The notes: generated by a model not told the origin, from the sequence alone. Positions 12,055 to 23,707 are shown, counted from the whole stretch's first letter. The stretch is DNA of 63,269 nt, filler included, from Reticulomyxa filosa (GCA_000512085.1; 19 parts of 19 records of this genome joined end to end with filler, not necessarily neighbours in it), one strand, 5' to 3'. A program made the numbers and translations.

Positions 12055-15000
12055 ATGTTGGATGGGATAGTCTTTTCGTTGTCGTCATTGGAGAGTCGCT
12101 GTCTCGCTGCTGTTCGCGTGGGCCTTGTATCATTGTACCATTTTGATATTGTTGCTGTTGTTGCTGCTGCTGCGTTGTCGGCTGTCTGGTGACGTCAATG
12201 GAACGTTCAATCGCTGATAAGAAAGCTGGTAGTCCAGTTGATGGCCGCAATTGAATTGGATTGACTGTTTGAGACGGTGGGCCTGGCGACTCGGTCGACC
12301 GTAGCACGGGGGCCTGCCGGAAATTTGCTTCGCGACGGGTTTCCAAGCTGACCGAAATGGGAGCGTTCATCCCTGTTTTCACATGTTCAACGGAAGAAGG
12401 TCGGCTGCACTTGCTGTCCATGTCCATGATACTTTGTATTGATGGGGACACTTCAATGTCAACCCTGGGAGTTACTCTTGGGTTTGGGGAGTTGACCGAG
12501 AGCGAATTATTCATTTCCAAAACTCGAGGTACCTCCCGTACCATTACCTTCGCCATGTCACTCATTTGAATCCTTTTGGCATGAGCATCACCACCTGGCA
12601 TCTGTGATAGCGTCGGATCGCTCCGATCTCTATGGCTATTATTTTGCGGCCTTTGTTCTCTTGTGCCTTGGTTCCGATTGTTACTGTTCATGTATCGGGA
12701 ATTTGCATTTCTGGTGGGGAGTCTTCTGGTCGGGTTGACGACGACCACATCCGGGTCTGTGTCAACATCAACTTGGTTTGTATAAACATGACTGTTCTCG
12801 GCGGCACCTCCCTTCTCGCTTGATGTGGTACCCTCGGTGCTCACACTGCCCTTGCCTCTGGGGCACTCTGGGCTTGGCAGTACTAGTTGCAAATTCGGTT
12901 GCTCACAATAGCTCGATTGTTGGTTTTCGCATGCGTTCTCAACTTTTCTTTCTTCAAATTGATGTTGCTGTTGCTGTTGCTGTAGTTGGGGGCTCCCACA
13001 AGACGAAGCGTCAATAGGCTGAGTAACCACCGGTGTTCTATTGTCAAATTCTTCACCTAAAACTTGGAAGTTCCATACAATTGGAGTTGATGAGAGAGGC
13101 ACAGCCGAACCATGTGTGTTGTCTGTATTCTCATTCTTGAAATGTTCTTCTGATTGCGACGTTGTAACTTGTTTTTGTTTTTGGATTATTCCTCCAGTTT
13201 CTTCTTCGATCAATCGGATTTTTCGCACCACCTCAAAAAATACTTCTTCAATGTAAATTTTGTCTTTGGCACTTGTTTCGAAGAAGGCACAATATTCTCC
13301 CCATTTTTGAGCCAGTGCTTGTCCTTCCTTACTTTGAACTTGTCGGCTTTGGGTCAAATCACATTTGTTACCAATTATTATGATCGGTACATTGTCCATT
13401 TCTTTAACTCCAACAATTTTTTCACGCCACCTTTCCATTTCTTCAAAAGTTTGTTTTACGGTGACATTATACACCAACAAAAATCCTTTTGCTTCTCTCA
13501 ACCATTGATCTTGTCTTGATGATGACTCTTCTTGACTAGTAATATCCAGAATATCCAACAACGCAGGACTGTCATCAATTGTTACCTGTTTGCGGTAGCC
13601 ATCATCCATTACTGGATTGTGTTTGTCCAAGAACATGTCCGCGACGAATCGAATAGTCAGCGCACTTTTGCCAACGCCACTACTACCCAACACTACAATC
13701 TTGTATTCGTTGCTTTTGTTTGCTGTTTTATCATAACCTTGGCAAAACGAGGTATTTTGGGGGGGGGGCCTTTGAAGAGGGGGTGGGCATGAACCCGTGA
13801 TGTTTACATCGTTGTGGCCGGTTGCTTGCGATTTTAATTGCGGTTGCTTTTGAGGTTTCTCGCTGCATGGTACTTTTGGCTCCTCGAGGGGATCTGTTCT
13901 TGTCGAACGCGTATTTTGTGAGTGAATATCGGATTGAGTGCGTTCTTCTCTTGATTGGGAAATTGGCCCTACACAAAATGTTCTCGGTGTTTCCGCCGTA
14001 CATACAATTCCACTTGGATTATGCTCACTAAAAATTGGATTTGAATCATAGATTGATAGAGATGATACTTGGATTACGTGTGCATTACTACGTATTCTTC
14101 CCCCGATTGTTCGCGTGACTGGTTCACCGATCTGTACATTGGACGTCACGTCCGTACATGTATAACTATAGGCATCTGTTTTTGTGCGGTACGTCTTTGG
14201 CTCATTAAATAATGTGGCCGAAGTTTCACGCGTGCGAGTACAACCGCCATCACTACTGCCTCCTATTGAAACTGGCTGCACGGCTTTACTTGTAACTATC
14301 TCATCAGTCTGGCCTTTTCTCCCTTCGTCCTTCGGCATTGCTTGGTACCCCAATGACTGTAGCCTTTGTTGTTGCTTCTTGGACTGAGCTTGCGATGCGG
14401 GCGGCGATGGAGGCGGTGGTGGGATATGGATTGACGATGTTGCGATGTGGTGTAGAGGGGGATGGTGCTTTTGTTTGGATACGTTCGGTGGCGAAATGGG
14501 CCGTTCTGGTCGAGTAACAGCCTGCACGCTATCACCCATAAATTTGTGTTCGCCCCTTCCTTTCGTTTTTGGCTTGGCTACCGTGGGCGGTTGACTAATA
14601 ATAAATGATTCGTCACACGGCGAGTGTTGACGTTGATCCCCTCCTAGCTGCGATTGTAAAAGGGGTAAATAAGTTGAATGTTGCTGAACGATGCTGGTAT
14701 AGCTTGCCGACTTGGCGGTGGTTTGCCTGTTTGCTTGGCGGTGGTCGTTCAACACCGACTGACTTCCACTTCCACTTTGACAATGATCTACCTTATTGAG
14801 GATGGCGGCAGTAATGTTTTGAAATGGCCCCATTTGCGACTCACCCCTATGAGGGGTCTTGCTATTAAAATGTTGTTGACTTGAGATGACTTTTTTATTT
14901 TCTGGGGATTCCACGAAATATTTGGACCTTTTCACCGAGTCATGACCCACTTCCATGTTTTTCGTACATTTTTCGTTTTCTACTTGTACGTACATTTTCT

Positions 15001-15502
15001 TTCTTCGATTGAGAGTATCATTGAGTTTTTCGACAGTCCTAACCAGTTGAATATTTTCTAATGTACTATCATCGCTGGTTCTATTGTCCGCGCTAACCTG
15101 TCCTACCACTTTCTCCCGTGCCTGGACCGTTTTTTCTAGGTCCAATAATCTTGCAACCAGTTGTTGTTGTTGTTGTTGTTGTTGTTGTTCTAACACTTGC
15201 TTGCCTTCCATCAATGCTGACTGCATATTCCTTCTTTTCGTGATGTTTACTATGTCCAATGAATTGTCTTTGCTTTGGAGGGCTTTTCCGATATCTTCTT
15301 CTTCTTTTGGTACAACTAGTTCTGTTTGCAAGTTCCTTAGTACAGCTCCAACGGCCACTTTAGCTTTCCGGCCTGACGTATTGTCTTCAACTAGCTCACT
15401 TTGCAAACTTAATGACGAATCATCTAAAACTTTAATGAGGTTCCGGGGCACAATGGAACAGGCTTCGATGTCAGTACCCTGACTGTAAACCTGTATACTC
15501 AT
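12055..15502 (-). CDS. Large intronless Q/S/P-rich protein with an internal Ras-family G domain (about 13214-13708); 3' truncated
   Basis: EYKIVVLGSSGVGKSALTIRFV, YRKQVTIDD, LDILDITSQEE, GFLLVY, IGNKCDL, FFETSAK, VFFEVVRKIR. Confidence 0.85.
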
Positions 15503-16467
15503 AGATTGAAAAATAGGTTTATTTTTTATTATAANNNNNNNNNNNNNNNNNNNNNNNNNNNNNNNNNNNNNNNNNNNNTTAATTAATTAANNNNNNNNNN
15601 NNNNNNNNNNNNNNNNNNNNNNNNNNNNNNNNNNTGTTAACAATTTGGTTTATGTTGTATATTTTGTAATTAAGACTTAACAATAAATTTTAGATTGAAT
15701 TAAAATGAAAATGTCAAAAACTTCTTATTTTTATTAAAGACTTTTTTTTTGAGCTTTTTATGTAAAAAAAATAAAAGTACAATTCATCCAAAAAAACGGA
15801 TTTGCTCATTTTATTGTATTTTTTAAAAATTAATGTTATTATATTTGAGTAATTCATTGTTTGCAATTAAATTTCATCATCACAATAGGAAATCAGCTGT
15901 ACAAAGAATTGATGATGTTGTCTTATTTGTATAGAGAATAATAAAATGTGTACTGGCCATCATCTGGCGAAGATGAACAAGCAATTCTGTATCAATAGAG
16001 CACTTGACTTTGTTTACCGATCGAATATCCCACAAATAAACACTTTGAGTATCCTTTTCTTTAATTGGCTTATTTCAAAAGAAAAATAATCATACAAATG
16101 ACTATTCTTGAGATATTGGAGAATCCCTTTATCTGATTGAATTTTTTGAATTACTGATCGTTCATATCTAGACTCAGGAGAAATGTTGTTTTTGATACTG
16201 CACCTTGTTGTTTTTTTACTCTATCTTGTTTTAAGTGTTCGATACTACAAAAACACAACAATAAATAGACAAAAAAAAAATTTTAAAATTAATAGTGATT
16301 TGCAATGAAAATAATACAAACGCAAATTTTAAATTTTTTTGAACTAGAACACACCTTTCAATGCTTGCATTCAATCAAACCAAACAAGTTTAACATCACC
16401 TTACTTTTCTTTAAATCAAAATTTTCAAACAAAAAATACTTTCATTTCTTATTTGACAAAATGTAAA

Positions 16468-16662
16468 TTATCCCCATATACGAATGTGACCTTTGCGTGA
16501 ACCATAACACAAATTCAAATCATATGTAACATTGTTTGTCTTGTCTTTCTTTTTCAATCCAATAAATTTAAGACAAATTATTCCACTGTCTTCTTTCTTA
16601 TCTCCTTCAATCACATATAATTCATTCTTATTTGATCGAATATCCCAAAAATGAATTGTATT
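16468..16662 (-). CDS. C-terminal fragment of a WD40-repeat family protein
   Basis: TIHFWDIRSNKNELYVIEGDKKEDSGIICLKF...LNLCYGSRKGHIRIWG*, matching the other paralogues. Confidence 0.8.
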   Translation of the reverse strand, partial: NTIHFWDIRSNKNELYVIEGDKKEDSGIICLKFIGLKKKDKTNNVTYDLNLCYGSRKGHIRIWG

Positions 16663-16903
16663 NNNNNNNNNNNNNNNNNNNNNNNNNNNNNNNNNNNNNN
16701 NNNNNNTTAATTAATTAANNNNNNNNNNNNNNNNNNNNNNNNNNNNNNNNNNNNNNNNNNNNTTCTGAGTTTAGAGCTTGGGCACTTAAAAATTTAGGGT
16801 GAGATTCTTTATAATTACCGGATTTTGGATCTTTAAATTTGCGTTTATTGAAGTTTTTAAGTATACAGGTAAGATGTTTAATTTTTAAATAAACGAGCAT
16901 AAA

Positions 16904-17737
16904 ATGAGCGCAGACAAATTTATCTGGGTTAGCAGAAGCGAAGTCGAGCGAAAAGAATATGCAGAGCATGTGGTCTTTAAAGAATTGCAGGAATACATCG
17001 ATTTTTACGATTATTTCTCTATGTCTATTATGGGCTTTCCTACTATGGGAACGGGTTCGCTCATTATTAACATAGATACTTATTTTTACTCGTCTATTCA
17101 GGGAACTTTGGAATCCTTAAAGCATGTGCTGAAAAATGGACGCATTGGTGACGCGTATGCGTTACTTAGAAAATATTACGATTCTGCGGTACTTAACATC
17201 TACATAAACCTTTATCTGGAAGATAATCACAGCATTGAAAATTTTATTGTACAAGAAATAACAAACTGGATTCAAGGCACAGAAAAGATTCCAGAATATC
17301 GTGCTATTATGCAATATATCAAAGGCTCAGAACGGTTAAAGCTAATATCTGAGCTTCTATATAAAGATGATACCTACAGAAAAATCAAAGAACGCTGTAA
17401 CGATCACATCCATTACAATTTCTTTCAGAATGTAATTATTAATGATAAGCAGGTGCAACCTCTGAACCGCCTTGCTCTTCTTGAAGCTATCATGGGTGAT
17501 ATAAAAAATATTTTTGTACTCCATCTTAGTTACATTTTTTACTTGAAAGATCGCTATATGTGTTCCAGCGATTATCTGGATGCATTGGAGGTAGGTATAA
17601 CACTGGAGGAAAACTCGCAGTACTGGGTAGCCCCGTTTATCCAGAGTACCTTCAGCAATATTATTGTTAAACAAAGACCGGACATTGCACAGGTAATAAT
17701 TGAAAACACCTGTATGTATCTGATGGAAAAGTCATAA
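16904..17737 (+). CDS. Bacterial hypothetical protein (277 aa), HEPN-like candidate
   Basis: Intronless, in a compact bacterial context; helical; DAYALLRKYYDS and YRKIKERCNDHIHY (R-x5-H). Confidence 0.7.
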   Translation: MSADKFIWVSRSEVERKEYAEHVVFKELQEYIDFYDYFSMSIMGFPTMGTGSLIINIDTYFYSSIQGTLESLKHVLKNGRIGDAYALLRKYYDSAVLNIYINLYLEDNHSIENFIVQEITNWIQGTEKIPEYRAIMQYIKGSERLKLISELLYKDDTYRKIKERCNDHIHYNFFQNVIINDKQVQPLNRLALLEAIMGDIKNIFVLHLSYIFYLKDRYMCSSDYLDALEVGITLEENSQYWVAPFIQSTFSNIIVKQRPDIAQVIIENTCMYLMEKS

Positions 17738-17989
17738 GGTTTTGCCAATCCTTGTTAGGGCATCCGTCAGGCTGACGTAACTGAAATTCTTTTCTCCAGC
17801 CTCATGCTGCTTTTCGTTGATATAGGAAGTAAGGTTCTCCGAGATGAAGCGATAGAACAGCATTCCAAGAACGTATGACTTGAAGTCCCAACCGTCTACG
17901 CTACCACGCAGGTCGTTAGCTATCCTCCAGATGGTAGAGTGCAATGCTGCGCGTTCTTGTTCTTTTTTGTTATCCACTAAATTATTCAT
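17732..17989 (-). pseudogene. hsdM: Truncated type I restriction-modification M subunit (HsdM N-terminal domain only)
   Basis: EQERAALHSTIWRIANDLRGSVDGWDFKSYVLGMLFYRFISENLTSYIN is the type IC/EcoR124I-like HsdM N-terminus. Similarity ends near 17760 and there is no methyltransferase domain. Confidence 0.9.
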
Positions 17990-18050
17990 ATCATAAAAAT
18001 TTTTAACTAATAATTCATTTTGACATTATTAAACTCAATATCAAATTTAA

Positions 18051-18254
18051 TCAATAAAGTAGGTTATGGTTAGAATCGGTTGCCGAATTGAGTACTGCCA
18101 ATGTTGAAAGCTTGTGCTTACCCTTCAGTAAGGCATCATCCATCTCTTTCTGAACTACCGTATAGTTTTCGAGATTGTTAATGTTCAGCACTCTCATGTT
18201 AGGTATAAACTTGGTTGGTATGTTCTGATTTGCTATTTGCTTTGGATAATCCAT
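18051..18254 (-). CDS. Small bacterial hypothetical ORF (67 aa) or gene remnant
   Basis: Co-oriented between rpn and hsdM; no motif recognised. Confidence 0.3.
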   Translation of the reverse strand: MDYPKQIANQNIPTKFIPNMRVLNINNLENYTVVQKEMDDALLKGKHKLSTLAVLNSATDSNHNLLY

Positions 18255-18295
18255 AAAGATTTCGTCTTTTGGTTAATGCATTTGCAGAGATAACT

Positions 18296-19273
18296 TTAGT
18301 GGTTGCAGCCAACGCCACATTCAGTTTGGAACTTTTTCACTTCATCAGTACTTAAGCCTGTGACTTTGGCAATAAAATCTGCATTTTGTCCAGATTTTAG
18401 GAGATTCATCGCTACCTGTCTCATACCTTCCTGTTTACCGAGCTGAATCCCTTCCTGTTTACCGAGCTGAATCCCTCTTTGTTCGCCGATTTGTTTACCT
18501 TTTTCTATTAGTTTTTCTGCAATAGTCATAATATTACCCTTTTGTTCTTCTGTTGCTATGTCTTTAAATACTTCTACTACCTTAGCTGGATCAACAGTCT
18601 CTGCCTGACTTATAATATAATTAAAAACTCCTTCCATGTACAGGAAATTATCCTTGCCTATCTCTATAAAAGAGGCCTTTAGCCCTTCTACATATGGTAG
18701 TATATCTTCACTTTTAGCATATTTCATTACCATCATCATTACACCTAGCCATATAGTAGAAAGTATCTTTTCGTCCGGAGTCCTGTGCAGATCAATAAGA
18801 TTAAAAGGCTCTGTCAGAAACATTTTAGCCAAAAGCGGCTGATCAAACAGTGCAAAGAAATCAACTGGGGCAGTGTATTATTGCTTGCCAGTGTAATAAA
18901 CAAAGGCATAGATAAGTGGCAGCTTTTTACTTTTGGGATTTTCTGCACGATATCTTTCCCAAATCATCAATTTGTACTTTATAAGACGCAAGGCCATAAA
19001 GTAATCAACAGTTGTTTGATGTTCTGTAAGCAACATCAAATATCCGTCTTGTCCGTTAAACTTTGCTGAGAATAGTACATCAACTGCGCCACCACCAACT
19101 CCGGGATCAGAAAGCGTATCTTTTTCTGGTTTTAAAGTGTTCAGGTCTATTACGTCGAGTACGTATCTTGGTAAATGTTGTTCAAAAAATTCTCTTGCTA
19201 CTTGTTTATGACTCAAGGATTGTCTAAAAAATGTATCATGTGCATTGTTAACTTTTTTATTATCGTCGTTCAT
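18296..19273 (-). pseudogene. rpn: Rpn/YhgA-like PD-(D/E)XK nuclease (Transposase_31 family) interrupted by an in-frame TAA at 18878-18880
   Basis: HDTFFRQSL, DLNTLK, VDVLFS, LTEHQT, MALRLIKY, PLIYAFVYYTG-KQ*-YTAPVDFFALF, PFNLIDL, MTIAEKL...GIQLGKQEG...VAMNLL...IAKVTGLS. Both ORFs are in the same frame. Confidence 0.9.
18426..18477 (-). repeat. 24-nt tandem repeat (GIQLGKQE x2) in the Rpn C-terminus
   Basis: ccttcctgtttaccgagctgaatc occurs twice in tandem. Confidence 0.85.
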
Positions 19274-19463
19274 TTTTTATCCATGCATCAAGTAACTGTT
19301 TCTCCTTTGGGTTTATATATTGGTTTAATATAGCCTTTAATTCCTCCATCCTATTTTCTTGCTTATACTTTTTAATAAAACAAGATCCAATAATGGACAG
19401 CTGTTTTAGTTCGTCGGCTCTTTTTTTTGCCTTATCTTTATTCTTTAGTTTATTAATTTGCTT
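19260..19463 (-). CDS. 3' part of a small mobilisation accessory protein (MobS/TraD-like); not in the ORF track
   Basis: Hand translation: KQINKLKNKDKAKKRADELKQLSIIGSCFIKKYKQENRMEELKAILNQYINPKEKQLLDAWIKNERR*. Its 3' end overlaps the rpn start codon. Confidence 0.5.
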   Translation of the reverse strand, partial: KQINKLKNKDKAKKRADELKQLSIIGSCFIKKYKQENRMEELKAILNQYINPKEKQLLDAWIKNERR

Positions 19464-19565
19464 TTNNNNNNNNNNNNNNNNNNNNNNNNNNNNNNNNNNN
19501 NNNNNNNNNTTAATTAATTAANNNNNNNNNNNNNNNNNNNNNNNNNNNNNNNNNNNNNNNNNNNN

Positions 19566-19602
<37 letters not shown>

Positions 19603-20160
19603 AGATTGGAGTTAAAAGGAAACAAAACTCGATCTTTTATGGAGACGTCACATCGCACGTCTTTGAGCAGCAACAGTCGCAGTGCATTCACGCGTTGAGA
19701 GCGGCAGCAATGATGCAATGCTGTTCTTCCCATCTTGTTTATGATGTGTTTGTGTGTTTGGAAGGAGAAAAACAGTCACTCCTGTTTCAAACAACAACAA
19801 AAGGGAAAAATAACTTTATCTACAGCATTGACTTCCAAACGAGGTCGAATGGCGTCGCTTAACAGCATGTCAATCACTTCCGTGTGATCCCACTTGCAGG
19901 CCCACATCAAAGGAGTGGTCATTTTCTAATCCGACATCCCAACGAACATACACACAACTTTGTATTTGTTCAAATATGTATATACATATGTGTATATATG
20001 TATATGTATAATGCCCTTCTGCAAAAGTGCAGACATAACATCTTGATCAAACGAAGGCTTGTTGAACTCGACAGATCGAGATCCAGGCAGACGTAAAAGA
20101 TAATCAATAATCAATGTCCGATTGTCCAAACACGCCCATGCAAATGCGGTTCGTCCAATC

Positions 20161-20214
<54 letters not shown>

Positions 20215-20701
20215 CATCACATCACATCATATCATATCATATCATATCATATCATTTGTTTTACTATATGTCCAAGTATGGACCAAACTCCCTTTTTTTT
20301 TTTTTTTGGTTTATTGTTTTTCTTAACATACGTGATCTTGCTTGTTGATGTCAATAGCATACTCGGTTTCTTCCTGTCGGTTTTCATAACGAACAATTTT
20401 CTTGTGACGACACAGCAATTTGACGACGGCAGTGTGTCCGCGACGACAGGCGTGCATCAGCGGCGTCATTCCTTTAAAGTCTGCTTTGTTGATATCCAAT
20501 TTGTCGTGGGCATGTTGCAATATCAATTGCACCGCTCGCGTGCCATATCGATATCCCCTCATCGCAGCATAACTCAAGCACGTATTGCCAAACTTGTCTT
20601 GGATATTTGGGTCCATTTGTTCTTGCACCAGCAGTAATCGAACTAAGTCTTCATCGATCATTTCTTGATCGCAAGCATGCATTAAAGCAGTTTTTCCTAC
20701 C
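19566..20701 (-). CDS. Ankyrin-repeat protein, multi-exon, both ends truncated
   Basis: GKTALMHAC, GNTCLSYAA, GMTPLMHACRRGHTAVVKLL, IGRTAFAWAC, TTPLMWAC, GRTALHHCC; intron 20160-20331. Confidence 0.85.
20164..20254. repeat. Compound microsatellite (ATCA)n-(ATCAC)n-(ATCAT)n in an intron
   Basis: Directly visible in the sequence. Confidence 0.95.
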
Positions 20702-22671
20702 NNNNNNNNNNNNNNNNNNNNNNNNNNNNNNNNNNNNNNNNNNNNTTAATTAATTAANNNNNNNNNNNNNNNNNNNNNNNNNNNNNNNNNNNNNNNNNNN
20801 NCTTAAAAACTATCAACTCGCTAAGTTTTTACCAAAATAAAATGTTATCATCTGAATCATGTGTTGCCCAAGAAGGAAATGAGTATCACTCTGTTACAAG
20901 CCTTCCTTGGACAAAGAAAAAGAAAACGAGAAATAAGATCGCAATGTATAATAGAGATAGAAATAAATTGTTATCAGATTATAATTACAAACCCCTGGAC
21001 CAAGTGAATGGCATAATAAAGGTCGTTATCAGTCGTGGAAATAATTCAAGGGCTATACTCATCTATTGTCCACAGTTGTACTATCGCCGTAGAAGAAGGG
21101 ATGATGTTGTATCCATTACAAATGGACACTGCTGTCTGTCCTGCGATATTAACGCACGATGATGTATATCTAGCCCCTCAACGACAAATCGTAGTCGTTG
21201 ATGTGGTCTAGGGCTTCCTTGACTATCGTCAGCACACCTTTGACACGCGATGCACTGAAGCTTATTGCAAAAAGTCCCTATTGCACCAGTGAAAAGATTA
21301 ATGCAGCAACGACTGACGCAGACGCTGCAACAAATTGGAACCTCATCATCAATACCAATACTGCAACAACGAACTGGTGCCAAATAACAATTATAAATCC
21401 AGAATACTATCTTGAAATAAACCGGCTACAACGAACTTTCTTTTTTTTGGATGTGCAAGATTGGAGCATTAACTTTGGAGTGTCTCGGCGAAGCCGTGCG
21501 AACTATGCAAAACATAAACCAGAAACTTTAAATAATTTATCTTTGCTCTTGACTAATAGTGGCTTCGTTTTGTCATTACGTCATTAAAGCTTTGCTTACT
21601 TTTCCAAAAAATTAAAAAAATATATTGCAATTGTTAAACAAATAAAAACTTTTGTGGTGTTTGTACAAAGAGAAAAAAAACTAAACAAACATTGTTTTCA
21701 ATTCTTTTTTTAAGGCAAAAAAAAAAGGTCTACTGCTACACTTGTATACTGGTGTAGTGAATTTGCTATTGGCTTAATTTGTATATATCATATAAAATTT
21801 CACGTAACGTTTCTTTTTTTTCCTCGTACTTCCGTTCAAAAAAAAAGAAAAAACAAAAAGGAATTTTCTCTCCTCCTTCTTTGAGGACTGTGAAGTAACG
21901 AGGAAGAACATTGAAGTGGCTAACAAACCAAGCTATCGTACAAACTTATGTATGCTCTTTATTTAAAAACTTAAAGCGACAGAACGCGACAACAAAACAT
22001 TGGAAATCAATTATCAATGCGATATAAAACGGAACATATTGAATACTTAAATTTAATTGAGAAGTAGTTCCAAAAAGAACAGAGCTCAAATAAATCCTAC
22101 AAATCATCACAAAACAGTCTACAAAACGGACAAAGTACATTAACGATCACATATGTAAATTTTTATCAATATACTTGGTAATTAAAATAGAAAGAGCTCT
22201 CCAAATATGGATATTTTGTAAAAATAATTTAAAATTATGTGACAAAGTTAGAAAAATTCCCAAAATTAAGATAAGTTTACAAACTCTCAAATCGTTTCAA
22301 GGTTTTTTTGAAACGAATTTAAATATCGATATTTCTAGTATTGCACATAGTTTAAAAATAGTACTTATTACACTGCATCACATTTTAAAATTCAAATTTT
22401 ACACAATGTTTTTTCGCTGCGACAAAAAATTGAAGGTGAACTTTTTTTCCTTTTTTAAAGTTGTTTAGCTAACGTCGTTCCTGTACAAGATTGCTAGTGG
22501 ATGGATTAAGTTTGGTTGCAGTATCCATATCGTTCCTGTCAAGTAAAAGCGATTCTTTTCTCATCTTTTGTNNNNNNNNNNNNNNNNNNNNNNNNNNNNN
22601 NNNNNNNNNNNNNNNTTAATTAATTAANNNNNNNNNNNNNNNNNNNNNNNNNNNNNNNNNNNNNNNNNNNN

Positions 22672-23326
22672 AAATATCTACCACCATTAAATGATGAAAA
22701 TTCAATGGCATTAACACCATGTGTATGTCCCTGGAATATTTGTGATTGTCGATTATCTTTGACATCCCAAAAACGAATAGTTTTGTCAAATGATGCAGAA
22801 CAAACTACATTACGACGGTGATTATGATAATGATATGATGAAAATTTCACACAAAAAATAGAATCAGAATGTCCATTGAATGTTCGAATTTGTTTGCTGT
22901 TATCAATATCCCATACACAAACCGTGCGATTTTGTGATCCAGAATAAATGAATTGACCGTCATCAGATGCCGAATAATCAATACCATACAAATAGCTGTC
23001 GTATTCAGTGAATGTATTAAGTAATTTGGATGATGAAACAAATGTATCAAGCATGAAGATAGTAGATACCTATGTTAAATACATATTTGGATATTTTTGA
23101 TTGAAAATATAAATACATAAATAAGCTAACATAATTGAACAACGAGCTTGTCAAATTCTTTGATCCATCCTAATTTAATATCTAATATTCGAATCCAATG
23201 ATGAATAATTAGTTGGATCTCTTCTTCTTTTGGCTGTTCAATAAAGAAAAAACAGCGAACAAGCAATAAAGAAGAAAAAGCTAAAGATAACTTGAACGAA
23301 ACTTTCATTGCTAAGCTTAAGTTCAT
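22672..23326 (-). CDS. WD40-repeat family protein, tandem copy 1; 3' truncated
   Basis: EEEIQLIIHHWIRILDIKLGWIKEFDKLV exon followed by GH...WD repeats (FNGHSDSIFCVKFS, SFDKTIRFWD). Confidence 0.85.
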
Positions 23327-23707
23327 TGTTTCAACTTGTTAGTTTTTTTTCTTGAGATAATCTCTGATGATGTACGAGAGAAAAATGATCAAACTTTTTT
23401 TTTAGATCAACAAAGGGGAATGAAAAATTGAATTGAATTTTCTATTTAATGATCTTTGACTGAACTATAGCATAAATTAATACTTTTACTGTTGTTATTG
23501 CTTTGCATTGATGAAATAAAATTGAATTGAATAAAGATTTGAATTGTCTTTGTTAAGTATTCAAAAAAAAATTGTTAATATTTTATAAGATAAAAAAATG
23601 ACAATATCAATTTTCTGCTCACTTTATTTAAAGAACAGTAAGGGAAGTGAAACTTGCATTTTATTAATTAAAAAAAAATACAAATTTTTAATGTTAAATA
23701 AATTATG

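Noticed and set aside
18878-18880. TAA read-through in the bacterial contig
   Set aside because: Neighbouring bacterial ORFs terminate at TAA; a nonsense mutation or sequencing error is simpler.
15635-20701. Bacterial genes next to WD40 and ankyrin genes as evidence of horizontal transfer into the host
   Set aside because: Linkers flank the bacterial contig on both sides, so the adjacency is an artefact of concatenation.
20802-22571. Short ORFs on this contig, and on 10822-11954, 29966-31372 and 47929-49700
   Set aside because: No recognisable motifs or consistent exon chain, so a product call cannot be supported.
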